DNA of 26,241 nucleotides from Polyangiaceae bacterium (GTDB taxonomy: Bacteria > Myxococcota_A > Polyangia > Polyangiales > Polyangiaceae): positions 1 to 26,241 of the forward strand of contig JBGANF010000113.1 in the NCBI GenBank assembly GCA_044222475.1. The letters are read 5' to 3'. Below are positions 1-9,356 of this stretch, one piece after another. The notes beneath the pieces are model-generated. The model worked only from the letters and a program-made list of their open reading frames with translations, ran no database searches and had not been told where the DNA came from. Both the position numbers and the translations under genes were made by a program. Within the stretch, counting starts at the first letter, position 1, and each line of letters starts with the position of its first letter.

Positions 1-1
1 T

Positions 2-3000
2 CGGATCGACGAGCTTGGCGTTGCTCTGCCGCGTGCCGAGCGAGGACGCGTCGTGCCACGTCGGGTACTCGGGCGTCGCGTTCGGGGTCTGGTTGGGGAC
101 TGCGTCCATCGCGACCCACGGAGCGAACGCAGCCGCGTCGCCGGTGAGGGCGTTGGCGAAGAGTCGCCGCACTTGCTCCGGGTACACCGTCGCGAAGCTG
201 ACGTTCTTGTAGCGTCCGTCGGTGAAGTCCTCCTTCGAGCTCGACACGAACGAGTCGAACGCCTCGGCGAGGTAGTACGTCGCCCAGACCTTGTCGTAGT
301 AGGTGCCGACCTGCGTCTGGTAGTCCGCCCACCAGTAGCCCTTCGAGTAGTCGAAGTCGTTGTGGACGTAGCGACCCGCGCCGAGCGGGAGCTGGAAGTC
401 GTACTGGTAGCCGGGGTACGGCACCGAGTCGGCGCCGAACAGCGGAAGGTCGACCCCCTCCGGTTGGGTGTAGACGCAGTCGGGGCTCGTGCCGTCGCAG
501 AACTTGCCGGGCTCGGGGCGCGTCATGATCCGCGCGAAGAGATCGAACGCGACGGTGCTCGCCATTCCGAGCGCGCCGTAGTTGCCGTCGGCCATGAAGT
601 CCGTCGACGGCGCGGTGGGATCGCCGTCGAGGATGGCGCCGAACGCGAACGTCTTCGCGATCGACTGGATCGCGTCGAGGTAGTGCGCCTGGGTGCGCAT
701 CATCACGTCGTCGGAGTTGAACTCGACGCGGTTGCGCCGGAACGAGTCGAGGATGTAGCGGTTCTCGTACGCGGCTTCGAGGAAACGAACCTGCTCGTAC
801 GCATCAGCGCCGGCGTCGTAGAGGAAGGACGGGACGTTGCCGGTGTCGGCGAACTCGTCGGACGAGAACATGTAACCGCGGCGGACGCGGCCCTGCGCGT
901 CGACGGCGGCGTGCGCATTCGCCCAGCTGTAGCTGGCGAGCGCGGGATCGGCGACGAAGTCCGACATGTCACGGTAGTCGACGACGTCGAGCGGCTGCTC
1001 GCCGCACTTCTGACCGAAGATAGCGTCGGGCGAGCTGTCGGCCTTGCAGTCGACCAGCATCCCGAACTCCTTCTGGTACTGGCTGTAGTGGATGTGGGCG
1101 TACGCGTCCGCCGGGTCGACCGGCGGAAAGTCGAACACGCCGAAGAGTCCGGGTGACGTAGCGAACGCGGTGAGCTCGTACGCGCGCCGCTTGTCGGCGC
1201 CGGCGCCCTTGACTCGCCAGTCGGGCTTCGCCCACACGTCGACGACGTCGCCGTAGCCGAAGCGCATCGCCGCGCGATCGTATTTGCCGAGCAAGAGCTG
1301 GTCGTGGTTCTGGTCGCCCGGGTAGTCCATCACGCTCGTCGTCGCGTAGCGCCCGATGTTGCCGTCGATCTCGTCTTTGCTGATCGGATCACGCCACCGC
1401 GGGCCGATGCACAGCGAGCCGTCGGTCGTGCCGTCGGGGCAGATCGCGGTCGCCGTGCCGTTGCGCGTGCGGAGCTGCCAGTACTGCGGCCGGTAGTTGA
1501 GCGAGTCGAACGACGCGGCGAAGTTGTGGCGCAGACCGACCGTGTGTCCCATCTCGTGGGCGAACACGCCGTTGGAGAACTCCTGTCGCGCCCAGAGGTA
1601 CACCTGGTCGCGCCGATCGTTCACCGCCTTCGGGTCCTTCGGGTCGGCCGGCGGGAAGAGCTTGGTCGCGACCTTGGCGAGGCCGATGAGGTAGTCGGGC
1701 TCGGTCGCCTCCAGACGACAGCCGTGGCGACTCGCGCGCTGAGCGCGCTCGCTCTTCGCGAAGTTGCGACGCACGGTCGGGTTCATGCGACCGAACGGCG
1801 AGCCGCGGGTGATCGCCGCCTTCGTCACTGGCGCCGTCGGGTCGAAGCCGGCGGCCTGCGCGACGGACGGGGTCACCATCGCCGCCTCGATCTGCGAGCC
1901 CTTGAGCGTCGTCAGACGCTTGCCGAGCACGTTGTTGCCCGGGCCCATGCGACCCGCGTCGAGGAGCGCCTTCGCGCGGTTCTTCCGGCGGAGCGTCGGG
2001 TTCTGGACGATCTGCTTCTTGCCGCCCGCCCCGAGCGCGTAGGGCGCGAGCGCCTGCGGGGTGAGCGCGTTCTGGCGCGACTTCAGCTCCTCTTCGCTCA
2101 TCCAGTTTCGCCCGAGACCCTCGAGCTTGTTCGCCTTGACCCACTCGCTGACGTTCTGGCCGGCGATGTACTTCGTCGGATCAATCTCTCCGTTGAGAAG
2201 CCCGAGCAAGTCGACGAGGGTCGCTGCCGCGCGATCGAGGATCGCGCCCCACTGGTTGACGCTCGCGGCGATCTTCTCTCCGGTGAGCGGGTCCTCCGCG
2301 TCCATCGAGATGCCCCAAGGCGACGCCACTTGCGGCGACTGGATCAGGTTCACGAGGTTGTAGCGAAGGTCGCCCACGCGCGGCCTGGTCGTCTCCGGGC
2401 CGCACGCCGGGTCGTCCTTGGTGGGGTCGACGGGGTTGTGGCAGAGCACGAACACCGGCGGCACCTCGGCAGGGGTCGCGCTCCCGACCGGCGGAACGAA
2501 GTCGTCCGCCCACCGGCCCGGCCAGCCCATCGTGGCCTCGCAGTCGGTGTCGCCCGTGCGACGACACTCGGCGAGGCGACCGGCGACGACCGCGACCCGG
2601 ATCGCGTCGCTCCACTCGTCGAGCGCCTTGCGCGTCCCGGTGAAGAGCTCCTCGGGGAAGCCGTCGTTCACGTACCACGGGGTGGTCTTCACCTTGCGAT
2701 CGCGCAGCGGGATGGTGCACTCGCCGCGGAACGTGTCGCACTTCGAGCCGCGGCCGACCTCTTCGCACTCGTCTTCGGTGCCGTTCTTGTCGACGTCACG
2801 ATGGGGATCGAGCCCCACCGGGGTCTTGTCGGCGCATGCGACCACGGGCTTCGCGTGGGACTTCTCCCAGATGTTCCAGCGTGACGCGAAGCGGTGCCAC
2901 TTGTCGTCGATCATGCCGTAGCGGCGGTCGTAGCCGTAGCGGTCCGAGCTGAAGAACCCGAACATGTCCATCCGGTTGCCGTCGAAGTCGAGCGCCTCGT

Positions 3001-3817
3001 AGTCGTTGTCTTGGACCTTGAGGTAGGCCTGGCGGAGCGTCAGCTCGCTGGGGTTGCAGCTCACGCGCGGGTACGAGCCGATGAACTGGCAGGCCGGGAT
3101 GTCACCCCAATCGGGATCGTGGATCACCTGGGGCGAGGCCCAAGCCTTGGTCGTCACGTCGAAATAGCCGCGGGCGCGGTCGATCACCCACGCATCCGGG
3201 CTCTTCGGGTCGCTCACGTAGTAGGCGACCGGCTCGTACTTGATGCCGTCGTAGATCCCAATTTGGGACAACGTGTCGAGCGTGTAGGCATCGGTGATGA
3301 GGTTCTTCGACCAGTCGACGCGCATCGACTCGCGCGCGTACCAGGGGCGGTCGGTGTCGTTCTCGACGACGACGTTGAGCTCTTCGCCGGTCTGCGGGTT
3401 GTAGTCGCGCTGGACGTCGAAATGCTTGGTGATCGCGTAGGCGGCGACGATCTGCCCATTCGGCACCCGCCGGCGGCCGGCGTGGTCGGTGTCCTGGATC
3501 TCCTCGTAGGTGAGGCGCGCGATCAGCTGCGACTCGGTGATCTCCCACCGAACGCGGACGAGCGTCATCGCGTCGGTTGCGGTGAAGAGCTCGTCGGCTC
3601 CGGCGCCAGCGGCGACGTCCACGACGGTCGTCCGCATGTAGAACTCGGGATCGTCCGTGGGGTCGGCGAGGATGCCGACGAAGAAGCCCTTGTCGATGGC
3701 CCCTGCCTGGACGTGGTTGATGGGGGAGCGCTCCTCGGCGCACCCGGCCGCCAGCGCGACGGCACCGACCATGAAACCCAGCACCGCGCTGCGCGCGAAC
3801 GAAGAAGAAACTCGCAT
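2..3817 (-). CDS. Large zinc-dependent metalloprotease lipoprotein (metzincin, myxobacterial type); 3' end runs off the window
   Basis: Translated by hand (absent from the ORF track because there is no stop in the window). ATG 3817 gives MRVSSSFARSAVLGFMVGAVALAAG|C (lipobox). HEMGHTVGLRH lies at 1558-1526, followed by the Met-turn TSVMDY. The frame was consistent at every point spot-checked. The + strand ORFs 53, 1304 and 2894 are its exact antisense shadows. Confidence 0.9.
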   Translation of the reverse strand, partial: MRVSSSFARSAVLGFMVGAVALAAGCAEERSPINHVQAGAIDKGFFVGILADPTDDPEFYMRTTVVDVAAGAGADELFTATDAMTLVRVRWEITESQLIARLTYEEIQDTDHAGRRRVPNGQIVAAYAITKHFDVQRDYNPQTGEELNVVVENDTDRPWYARESMRVDWSKNLITDAYTLDTLSQIGIYDGIKYEPVAYYVSDPKSPDAWVIDRARGYFDVTTKAWASPQVIHDPDWGDIPACQFIGSYPRVSCNPSELTLRQAYLKVQDNDYEALDFDGNRMDMFGFFSSDRYGYDRRYGMIDDKWHRFASRWNIWEKSHAKPVVACADKTPVGLDPHRDVDKNGTEDECEEVGRGSKCDTFRGECTIPLRDRKVKTTPWYVNDGFPEELFTGTRKALDEWSDAIRVAVVAGRLAECRRTGDTDCEATMGWPGRWADDFVPPVGSATPAEVPPVFVLCHNPVDPTKDDPACGPETTRPRVGDLRYNLVNLIQSPQVASPWGISMDAEDPLTGEKIAASVNQWGAILDRAAATLVDLLGLLNGEIDPTKYIAGQNVSEWVKANKLEGLGRNWMSEEELKSRQNALTPQALAPYALGAGGKKQIVQNPTLRRKNRAKALLDAGRMGPGNNVLGKRLTTLKGSQIEAAMVTPSVAQAAGFDPTAPVTKAAITRGSPFGRMNPTVRRNFAKSERAQRASRHGCRLEATEPDYLIGLAKVATKLFPPADPKDPKAVNDRRDQVYLWARQEFSNGVFAHEMGHTVGLRHNFAASFDSLNYRPQYWQLRTRNGTATAICPDGTTDGSLCIGPRWRDPISKDEIDGNIGRYATTSVMDYPGDQNHDQLLLGKYDRAAMRFGYGDVVDVWAKPDWRVKGAGADKRRAYELTAFATSPGLFGVFDFPPVDPADAYAHIHYSQYQKEFGMLVDCKADSSPDAIFGQKCGEQPLDVVDYRDMSDFVADPALASYSWANAHAAVDAQGRVRRGYMFSSDEFADTGNVPSFLYDAGADAYEQVRFLEAAYENRYILDSFRRNRVEFNSDDVMMRTQAHYLDAIQSIAKTFAFGAILDGDPTAPSTDFMADGNYGALGMASTVAFDLFARIMTRPEPGKFCDGTSPDCVYTQPEGVDLPLFGADSVPYPGYQYDFQLPLGAGRYVHNDFDYSKGYWWADYQTQVGTYYDKVWATYYLAEAFDSFVSSSKEDFTDGRYKNVSFATVYPEQVRRLFANALTGDAAAFAPWVAMDAVPNQTPNATPEYPTWHDASSLGTRQSNAKLVDP

Positions 3818-3947
3818 CGATGGACCCCTACGAAGGGCGGTGCGTCTACCACGAGAAAGACGCCGCTGCGATGGGGAACCAGGAGGGGGGGGCAAGCCGC
3901 CCCACCCAGTGAGGCGCGCGCGGCCTTCTTCGGCCCATGCCCTGGAA

Positions 3948-5390
3948 TCAATTGCCCGATCGCACTTCGACCGGACCGAGCTTTCGTGCGTCGAGCTCCT
4001 TCGTCAGCCCCGCGGTGTCTCCCACGATCGCCACTTGAGCCGCGTCGCGGCGGAAGTACTTCGTCACCACCGCGGCGATGTCGTCTGCAGTGACTTTTCC
4101 AAGCGCGGTGACTCGATCCGCAAACCACGTCGTAGGTTGGTCGAGCACGCCGATCCGTGCGAGCTCCTCTACCACGCCAACGTTCGTCGAGAGGTTCTCG
4201 TACACCTGCGATTGGGCTAGCTCACGATCGCGTACCACGTCCGATTCGGTCAGATGCTTCGCCCGCTCGATCGCATCGAAGATGTCATCGAGCGCCGTGA
4301 GCACTCGCCCCGGCTCGACCGACGCCGAAATCACGATCGGCGGTTCCGCCAAACCTGGATACAGGCTCACCGCCGAGCCATACGTGACTCCGTGCGTGAG
4401 GCGCAGCGACCGAAACAACTGCCCACCTACGGCCGCGCGCGCGAGAGCGAGCACTGGCCGCTCTGGGGTGTTGCTCCCCGGTCCACGAAACGCCACGACG
4501 ACCTCGGTCTGCGCAAGCTGCTTCGGAATGAGAGACGTCCCACTCGGTTGCAGCGGAGGCGGCGCACGAACCGCGATCGCTCCGTGCGGTAGCTGTCCAA
4601 GCTCCTCTTCCACGTGCTCCACCACGCGATCCCACTCGAGATCGCCGCCCACGGCGACGACGATGTTGTCCGCCGTCAACGCACGAGTCGCAAATGCGCG
4701 CACATCGGCCGTCGCCACTTTCGAGAGCGCATCGGCCGCTGAAGCGCGGAACACGTTCCATCCTGGGTAGAGTCGAGCCATCGCGACGTCGTACGCCGTC
4801 GTCTTGGGCGAGCGAGTGCCGTTTGCGGCGCCATCGCGCGCACCCTCGATGTCTTCCGTGCGCAGGCCACTCGCGCCGAAGAGATCCAATGCGGGACCTA
4901 TCCCTGAAAACGCGAGTGGCTTCACTGCCGACAGAACGAAAAGCTGGCCGCGCGCACCGACCGAAGTCGTGTCCCAGGAGATCGCCCGTTGATCGAAGCT
5001 GCCGTAAATGTCGCTCGCATCGTGATCCTTGGTGCTTCGGCGTACTGAGTCGATGACGATCTGGTCGAAGCCCGCGACGGCATCGTCCGGTCCCGCGACT
5101 TTGAGCGCGATGCCGAACGACACCAGGGGGAGCTCGCGTCGCTCGATTCCCAAAATGCGAATGCCGTTCTTCGTTCGGGCCTCCAGGATCTGCGGCGGCG
5201 GCTTCGGTGTCGTCGTGTTCACCGCGGGCAGTCCGTTTTCGAAGGTCGCTTCGTCGATCGGCCCGCTTGCGGGTCCCGTTGCCGCGCGCAGGCCGGCGTG
5301 CAACGGCTTCGGCTGCGCCGGCACGAAGGGTTGCGACGACATGCATGCCGAAAGCAGCGCGGCCATCGATATCGTGGTGGAGCACCTCAT
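3948..5390 (-). CDS. M16 family peptidase, non-catalytic subunit, predicted lipoprotein
   Basis: M16 features (TKNGIRILGIERRELPLVSF, NIVVAVGGD, LFRSLRLTHGVTYG, AQVAIVGD) but no HxxEH. Lipobox LLSA|C. ATG 5390 overlaps the upstream TGA (ATGA). Confidence 0.85.
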   Translation of the reverse strand: MRCSTTISMAALLSACMSSQPFVPAQPKPLHAGLRAATGPASGPIDEATFENGLPAVNTTTPKPPPQILEARTKNGIRILGIERRELPLVSFGIALKVAGPDDAVAGFDQIVIDSVRRSTKDHDASDIYGSFDQRAISWDTTSVGARGQLFVLSAVKPLAFSGIGPALDLFGASGLRTEDIEGARDGAANGTRSPKTTAYDVAMARLYPGWNVFRASAADALSKVATADVRAFATRALTADNIVVAVGGDLEWDRVVEHVEEELGQLPHGAIAVRAPPPLQPSGTSLIPKQLAQTEVVVAFRGPGSNTPERPVLALARAAVGGQLFRSLRLTHGVTYGSAVSLYPGLAEPPIVISASVEPGRVLTALDDIFDAIERAKHLTESDVVRDRELAQSQVYENLSTNVGVVEELARIGVLDQPTTWFADRVTALGKVTADDIAAVVTKYFRRDAAQVAIVGDTAGLTKELDARKLGPVEVRSGN

Positions 5391-6769
5391 CGAACCACCT
5401 TCCCGGAAACGGGTGCGCTCGGATCCTTCTTCACCCACACGATCGCCGCCCGCGATGGGTTGAACGTCTCGCTGATCGCTCGCAGCACTCGTGCACGTTC
5501 CACGGACTGATATGCGCGCAGGTCAGCCATCACTTGGTCGGCGTTGCCGAAGCGTCGATCCAAATCCCACAATCGCTCCGCGCGTGAGCTCGGCGACTCC
5601 ATGTCGGAAAGGGCTCTCACGATGATCGACGACTGTTGATCCCCAAGATCGAGTCGGTCGTCCTCGCGCATCCATCGTTGCGTGTACTCGAACGCGTCGA
5701 AGAGCGACTCGACCGAACCTGGACCGGAGGCGGTCATCGAGATCGAGACGACGACGCCGAGCGCGCCACCGTCGATGCTCCAGTGCGCCCCCGTCTTCGA
5801 GAGGATGTCGTCCTTCTTTCGGAGGCGACCGCCGGTGAAGTCGGTGAGGAGGGCGGCGGCGAGGTAGTGCTCGCGCCAGCCGTCGTCCGTGTCGGCCGCG
5901 ACGAACCACGAGAGCACGACGCGGTCGTCGTCCACGTTCGCGGCAACCTTCGTCTCATGTGCTTGCGGCGTGACGGGCGGTGCGATGGTCCGCGACGGAG
6001 GTGCCTTGGTGCCGGCCGCGATGGAGCCAAAGTATTTCTCCACGAGCGGGCGCACTGCGCTTTCGTCGAAGTCTCCGGTGATGACGAGCGTGGCGTCGTT
6101 GGGGACGTAGTACGTCTCGCCGAAGGTGCGAAGATCGGCCTCGGTGATGTCCGTCGCGTCGTGGTCCCACTCCACGGGGCTCGGGAAATAGGGGTGATCC
6201 GCGGGTAGGAGCGCTTGTCGCGCGAAATTGCCCACGAGCCCATACGGTCGGTCGAAGTAGTTTTGCCGATACTCCTCGCGAACGATGCGCCGCTCGCGAT
6301 CGACTTGTGCCGTCGTGAATGCGGCCGGACTGAACGCCATCCGCTCGGCCTCGAGGAAGAGCGCGATCTCGAGCGCGCCCGCCGGAACGGTTTCGTAGTA
6401 GCTCGTCACGTCGGTGCCGGTCGTGCCGTTGAAGTCGGTGGCGCCAATGCGATCGAGCGTGCCGAGGAACTGATCGGGTGGAATGTGCTTGGCCCCCGCG
6501 AACATCAAGTGTTCATAGAGGTGAGCCATTCCAGTCTTGCCGACCGGGTCGTCTTTGCTGCCCACGCGGTAGCGCATCAGCACGTGGGCGTACGGAATCG
6601 TGTGATTGACGTGGAGGATGACGCTGAGCCCATTGCCGAGCGCATAGGTGCTCGCGGGCAGCGCAAGTTTGACCTTCACTCCACCCGAGTCCGGCTCGTG
6701 GACACACGCCGTCGCGAAGATGCTCAATGCTACCCCTGCAGCGAGTGAACGCCACCCCCTCGACCTCAT
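5387..6769 (-). CDS. M16 (pitrilysin/insulinase family) zinc peptidase, catalytic subunit, predicted lipoprotein
   Basis: LGNGLSVIL, YRVGSKDD, GMAHLYEHLMF (HxxEH), FNGTT, ERRIVREE, YYVPNDATLVITGD; lipobox FATA|C. Confidence 0.93.
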   Translation of the reverse strand: MRSRGWRSLAAGVALSIFATACVHEPDSGGVKVKLALPASTYALGNGLSVILHVNHTIPYAHVLMRYRVGSKDDPVGKTGMAHLYEHLMFAGAKHIPPDQFLGTLDRIGATDFNGTTGTDVTSYYETVPAGALEIALFLEAERMAFSPAAFTTAQVDRERRIVREEYRQNYFDRPYGLVGNFARQALLPADHPYFPSPVEWDHDATDITEADLRTFGETYYVPNDATLVITGDFDESAVRPLVEKYFGSIAAGTKAPPSRTIAPPVTPQAHETKVAANVDDDRVVLSWFVAADTDDGWREHYLAAALLTDFTGGRLRKKDDILSKTGAHWSIDGGALGVVVSISMTASGPGSVESLFDAFEYTQRWMREDDRLDLGDQQSSIIVRALSDMESPSSRAERLWDLDRRFGNADQVMADLRAYQSVERARVLRAISETFNPSRAAIVWVKKDPSAPVSGKVVR

Positions 6770-6775
6770 TCAACG

Positions 6776-6781
6776 AGGATA
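6776..6781 (-). promoter_or_regulatory. Putative -10 box (TATCCT) of a leaderless promoter for the M16 operon
   Basis: TAnnnT hexamer exactly 6 nt before ATG 6769; no SD sequence. Confidence 0.45.
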
Positions 6782-6856
6782 GAGGAGTGCGTGTCAGAAC
6801 GGCGCGGCGTGCGATGGAGAACTGAGCGGGGCACTGCGCCCCACTCACCCCCGAAA

Positions 6857-7207
6857 TCACCGTTCCGCGAGCACCAGGTCGGGCAGGGCGAAATCCACTT
6901 CGGGCTGTTCCATGTAGTAGTCGCTCGCGTCGAACGCCGTCATCGAAGGGGGTGGCTGCACTTCGTACAGCCCGGTTGGCGTCCAGGCGCTGATGACCGT
7001 CGAGCCGAGGTCTGCGTGGATCTCTGCAATCCGCGCAGGGCTGGTTCCCGGCTTGAAGCCGACCATGACGCGGTCGCAACGGAAAGGGGCGCCGCAGTCT
7101 CTCGGCCGGTGCGCAACGCGCCAACCGACGATGGCCACGACGAAACCCATGCACACGACGAGGACGGCGAGCGTCCGCCAACGCGTGCGATAGGCGAGGA
7201 GCCTCAT
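6857..7207 (-). CDS. Membrane-anchored small protein resembling a stand-alone subtilase (S8) N-terminal prodomain
   Basis: SD AGAGGT before ATG 7207. An N-terminal TM helix is followed by VMVGFKPGTS..RIAEIHADLG..VI..LYEVQ..PEVDFALPD, the pattern of fervidolysin-type prodomains. Confidence 0.6.
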   Translation of the reverse strand: MRLLAYRTRWRTLAVLVVCMGFVVAIVGWRVAHRPRDCGAPFRCDRVMVGFKPGTSPARIAEIHADLGSTVISAWTPTGLYEVQPPPSMTAFDASDYYMEQPEVDFALPDLVLAER

Positions 7208-7309
7208 GCACCTCTGACAGCGGCCCAACACCGGAGTTCCGGGTGTGGCGCCGAGCGTCACCCCAGGGGCAACTCGAAGGCGGGAGGGCCCCGTACCACT
7301 TGTACGTGT

Positions 7310-7564
7310 TCACCGATCGGGGCCGGTCGGGTTGCACGCGAGACAGCGATCGGTGCAAGGTACATCGAAGTTCGGCACACCCTGGAAGAGGACGGACGGG
7401 CACGTGCCGGTGTGCGCCCCCGAAGGCGACGCTGCGCACGAGCCGGCTTCGCCGCCCGCGTCGGTGCCGGTCGTGGTGGTGGTGCCGCAGGCCGCGACCG
7501 ACGAGCCGAGGACGGCGACGAGCGCGGCTACGTTCACGAGGATGCGGATCCGCCGAGCGTACAA
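7310..7564 (-). CDS. Small Cys-containing lipoprotein, possibly degenerate (no good start codon, possible frameshift)
   Basis: Signal peptide and lipobox VAA|C, then TTTTTGTDAGGEAG. The likely start position reads ATC (7549). Confidence 0.45.
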   Translation of the reverse strand: MYARRIRILVNVAALVAVLGSSVAACGTTTTTGTDAGGEAGSCAASPSGAHTGTCPSVLFQGVPNFDVPCTDRCLACNPTGPDR

Positions 7565-7610
7565 CTTCCGTTCCGCGGCGGCGTCGACTCGCGGGGCATG
7601 CCCATCCGAC

Positions 7611-8192
7611 CTACCGGCACGGATGGACGGCGATCACTACGACGTCCCTGCACGGACTCGCGGCCAGGTAGGGGGACGGTGCGTGAGGGAATGCCTGGAG
7701 CATCTCGACGACGTCCGCGCTCAGACGCGCCACGTCGATGTCTCGCGCATGGTCGTGGTAGCCCTCGATCGCACCCTCCCAAACGATGTCGCCAGCGCGG
7801 ACGTCCCACACCTCGACCACGAGGGTCTCGTCGGAGAGAAGCGTCGTGTCGTACTCGAGCCCGCCGCCGTTCCGGAAGCGGTTGGGGCGATGGCCTGAGG
7901 CGATCACGACCTCCAGATCGGGCGAAGTGTCATCGAGCACGTATCCGCGCTTCTCCAGCTCCGGTCGGATGATGGCCTGGGCGTGGTGCCTCATCTCCGG
8001 CGAGAGATGGCTCGGGGTGAAACCAGCGGGCAGCTTGGCCGCGTCTTCGCTCAAGGAGTACGTGCGATACTCGAAGGTCGCTCCGCGCGCTTCGATCGCC
8101 CGAATGCGGCTCGTCGAGTGGCACGCCGCGAGCACGCCGGCGATGAAGACGAAGAGAAACGCGATCAGGAGCTTCGGCATTCGATCTCGCAT
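7611..8192 (-). CDS. DUF4136-like lipoprotein
   Basis: Lipobox VLAA|C; FEYRTYS, ELEKRGY, PDLEV, TLVVEVWD..IVWEG, MLQAFP. Start at 8192 or 8180. Confidence 0.75.
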   Translation of the reverse strand: MRDRMPKLLIAFLFVFIAGVLAACHSTSRIRAIEARGATFEYRTYSLSEDAAKLPAGFTPSHLSPEMRHHAQAIIRPELEKRGYVLDDTSPDLEVVIASGHRPNRFRNGGGLEYDTTLLSDETLVVEVWDVRAGDIVWEGAIEGYHDHARDIDVARLSADVVEMLQAFPHAPSPYLAASPCRDVVVIAVHPCR

Positions 8193-8221
8193 GGGCAGTC
8201 TTTTCTCGGCCACTGGATTCG

Positions 8222-8881
8222 CTAGAACGGGAACGTGCTGCTCGTCCACGTCGCGTCCCGAGGCGCCGCGTCTCCGTGATGCAAATCGAGCGAGCTGGTC
8301 CGAGGGTCCCAGTCCCCGTCGAAGCGCTGTCGGTCCCGCCCGGCACGGATCGCAGATTGGTCGAGGCCGTCGAGGGGGGAGAGCGTCGCCTTCCGCTCTC
8401 GCGTTGCGTCGATCGCGGCCGCATCGGAGCGAACGAGCTCGACCCGGACGACGTCGGGCGACCGCGAGGAAGAGAGTCGCTCGATCGTCGCGTAGTAGAT
8501 CCTCCCGGCAACCAACCGCGCGTGTAGCGTGCCGACGCTCGGACACGGAGTCACCTTGGCGTCGGCCGTGAGACACGCCGTTTCGTCGGTCGCGTAGGCA
8601 AAGAGCGTGTGCTCGCCGGGCTTCACGTCGACCGACATCCACTCGCCCGCCGCCACGGTACCCACTCGGCGCTGCTCGTCGAGCACGACGGCGTGCGAGA
8701 GCCCGCTGCCCTGAGGTAGAGCCACCACGATGCGCGCACGACCCTCCGGCACGGAGACGGCTGCGTGCGTGGGGGCGTGGGCGCAGCCCGACGCACCAGC
8801 CACGATCGCCAGCGCAACCACGAGGCTGGGAATCGTGGAACCAAGGGACAGAGCTCGTCGTTGGTTGGTGATCGGGTTCAT
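8222..8881 (-). CDS. Lipoprotein, DUF2846-like beta-sandwich
   Basis: SD AAGGAG; lipobox ASG|C; VGTVAAGEWMSVDVKPGEHTL and LVAGRIYY. Confidence 0.7.
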   Translation of the reverse strand: MNPITNQRRALSLGSTIPSLVVALAIVAGASGCAHAPTHAAVSVPEGRARIVVALPQGSGLSHAVVLDEQRRVGTVAAGEWMSVDVKPGEHTLFAYATDETACLTADAKVTPCPSVGTLHARLVAGRIYYATIERLSSSRSPDVVRVELVRSDAAAIDATRERKATLSPLDGLDQSAIRAGRDRQRFDGDWDPRTSSLDLHHGDAAPRDATWTSSTFPF

Positions 8882-8904
8882 GTGGACTCCTTGCCATCAT
8901 CGAT

Positions 8905-8920
8905 TGCACGGCTCGTGCCG
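8905..8920 (-). promoter_or_regulatory. sigma54 -24/-12 promoter (CGGCACG-AGCC-GTGCA)
   Basis: GG-N10-GC consensus, oriented toward ATG 8881. Confidence 0.7.
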
Positions 8921-8956
8921 CTGCTCTCCGATCGACGAGCGCTCCTCGTCTGCGCT

Positions 8957-8972
8957 CGGCACGAATGGTGCT
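8957..8972 (+). promoter_or_regulatory. sigma54 -24/-12 promoter (CGGCACG-AATG-GTGCT)
   Basis: GG-N10-GC consensus upstream of the SD and ATG 8994. Confidence 0.7.
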
Positions 8973-8993
8973 GTGCTCGATCGAGGAGGCCTC

Positions 8994-9296
8994 ATGAAGC
9001 TCTTCATCCACTGTCACGGGCTCGCCGAGACCGACGCGATCTACGAGCACGCGCGAACGCGAATCCGCTTCGCGCTGGAGCCGATCCTCGACGGACAGGG
9101 AACGGTGTCGGTGCACGTCACAGGCGAGGACGGACCGCGAGGCGCGCTGGAGCGATGCAGTATTCGCATCAACGGTCGTGAGCTCGACGTTCACGTGGTC
9201 GCCGTGGACGAGGACCCGCGCAGGGCAGTCGACCTGGCTTGCTCCCGCGCTGCCGTGCACGCCATCGAGCGGCGACCGGCGAATCGCGTCGCCTGA
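8994..9296 (+). CDS. HPF/RaiA family ribosome-associated protein (short form)
   Basis: SD GAGGAGG; 100 aa; TDAIYEHARTRIRFAL..VSVHVTGEDGPRG..CSIRI..VVAVDEDPRRAVDLA. Confidence 0.8.
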   Translation: MKLFIHCHGLAETDAIYEHARTRIRFALEPILDGQGTVSVHVTGEDGPRGALERCSIRINGRELDVHVVAVDEDPRRAVDLACSRAAVHAIERRPANRVA

Positions 9297-9317
9297 CCGA
9301 CGGGGTTGCCGTCGTAT

Positions 9318-9337
9318 TTTGCAGCAGGCGCTGCAAA
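9318..9337. repeat. Perfect 8-bp inverted repeat TTTGCAGC-AGGC-GCTGCAAA between convergent genes
   Basis: Read directly. It could be a terminator or a protein-binding site. Confidence 0.5.
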
Positions 9338-9356
9338 TCCCTGCGTCGCGCGGCGA

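Noticed and set aside
3885..3907. G/C hairpin as an intrinsic terminator of the M16 operon
   Set aside because: Imperfect stem and no U-tract; too weak to call.
53..4093. Long + strand ORFs 53-1156, 1304-2884 and 2894-4093
   Set aside because: Exact antisense-frame shadows of the metalloprotease gene; R/V-rich with no motifs.
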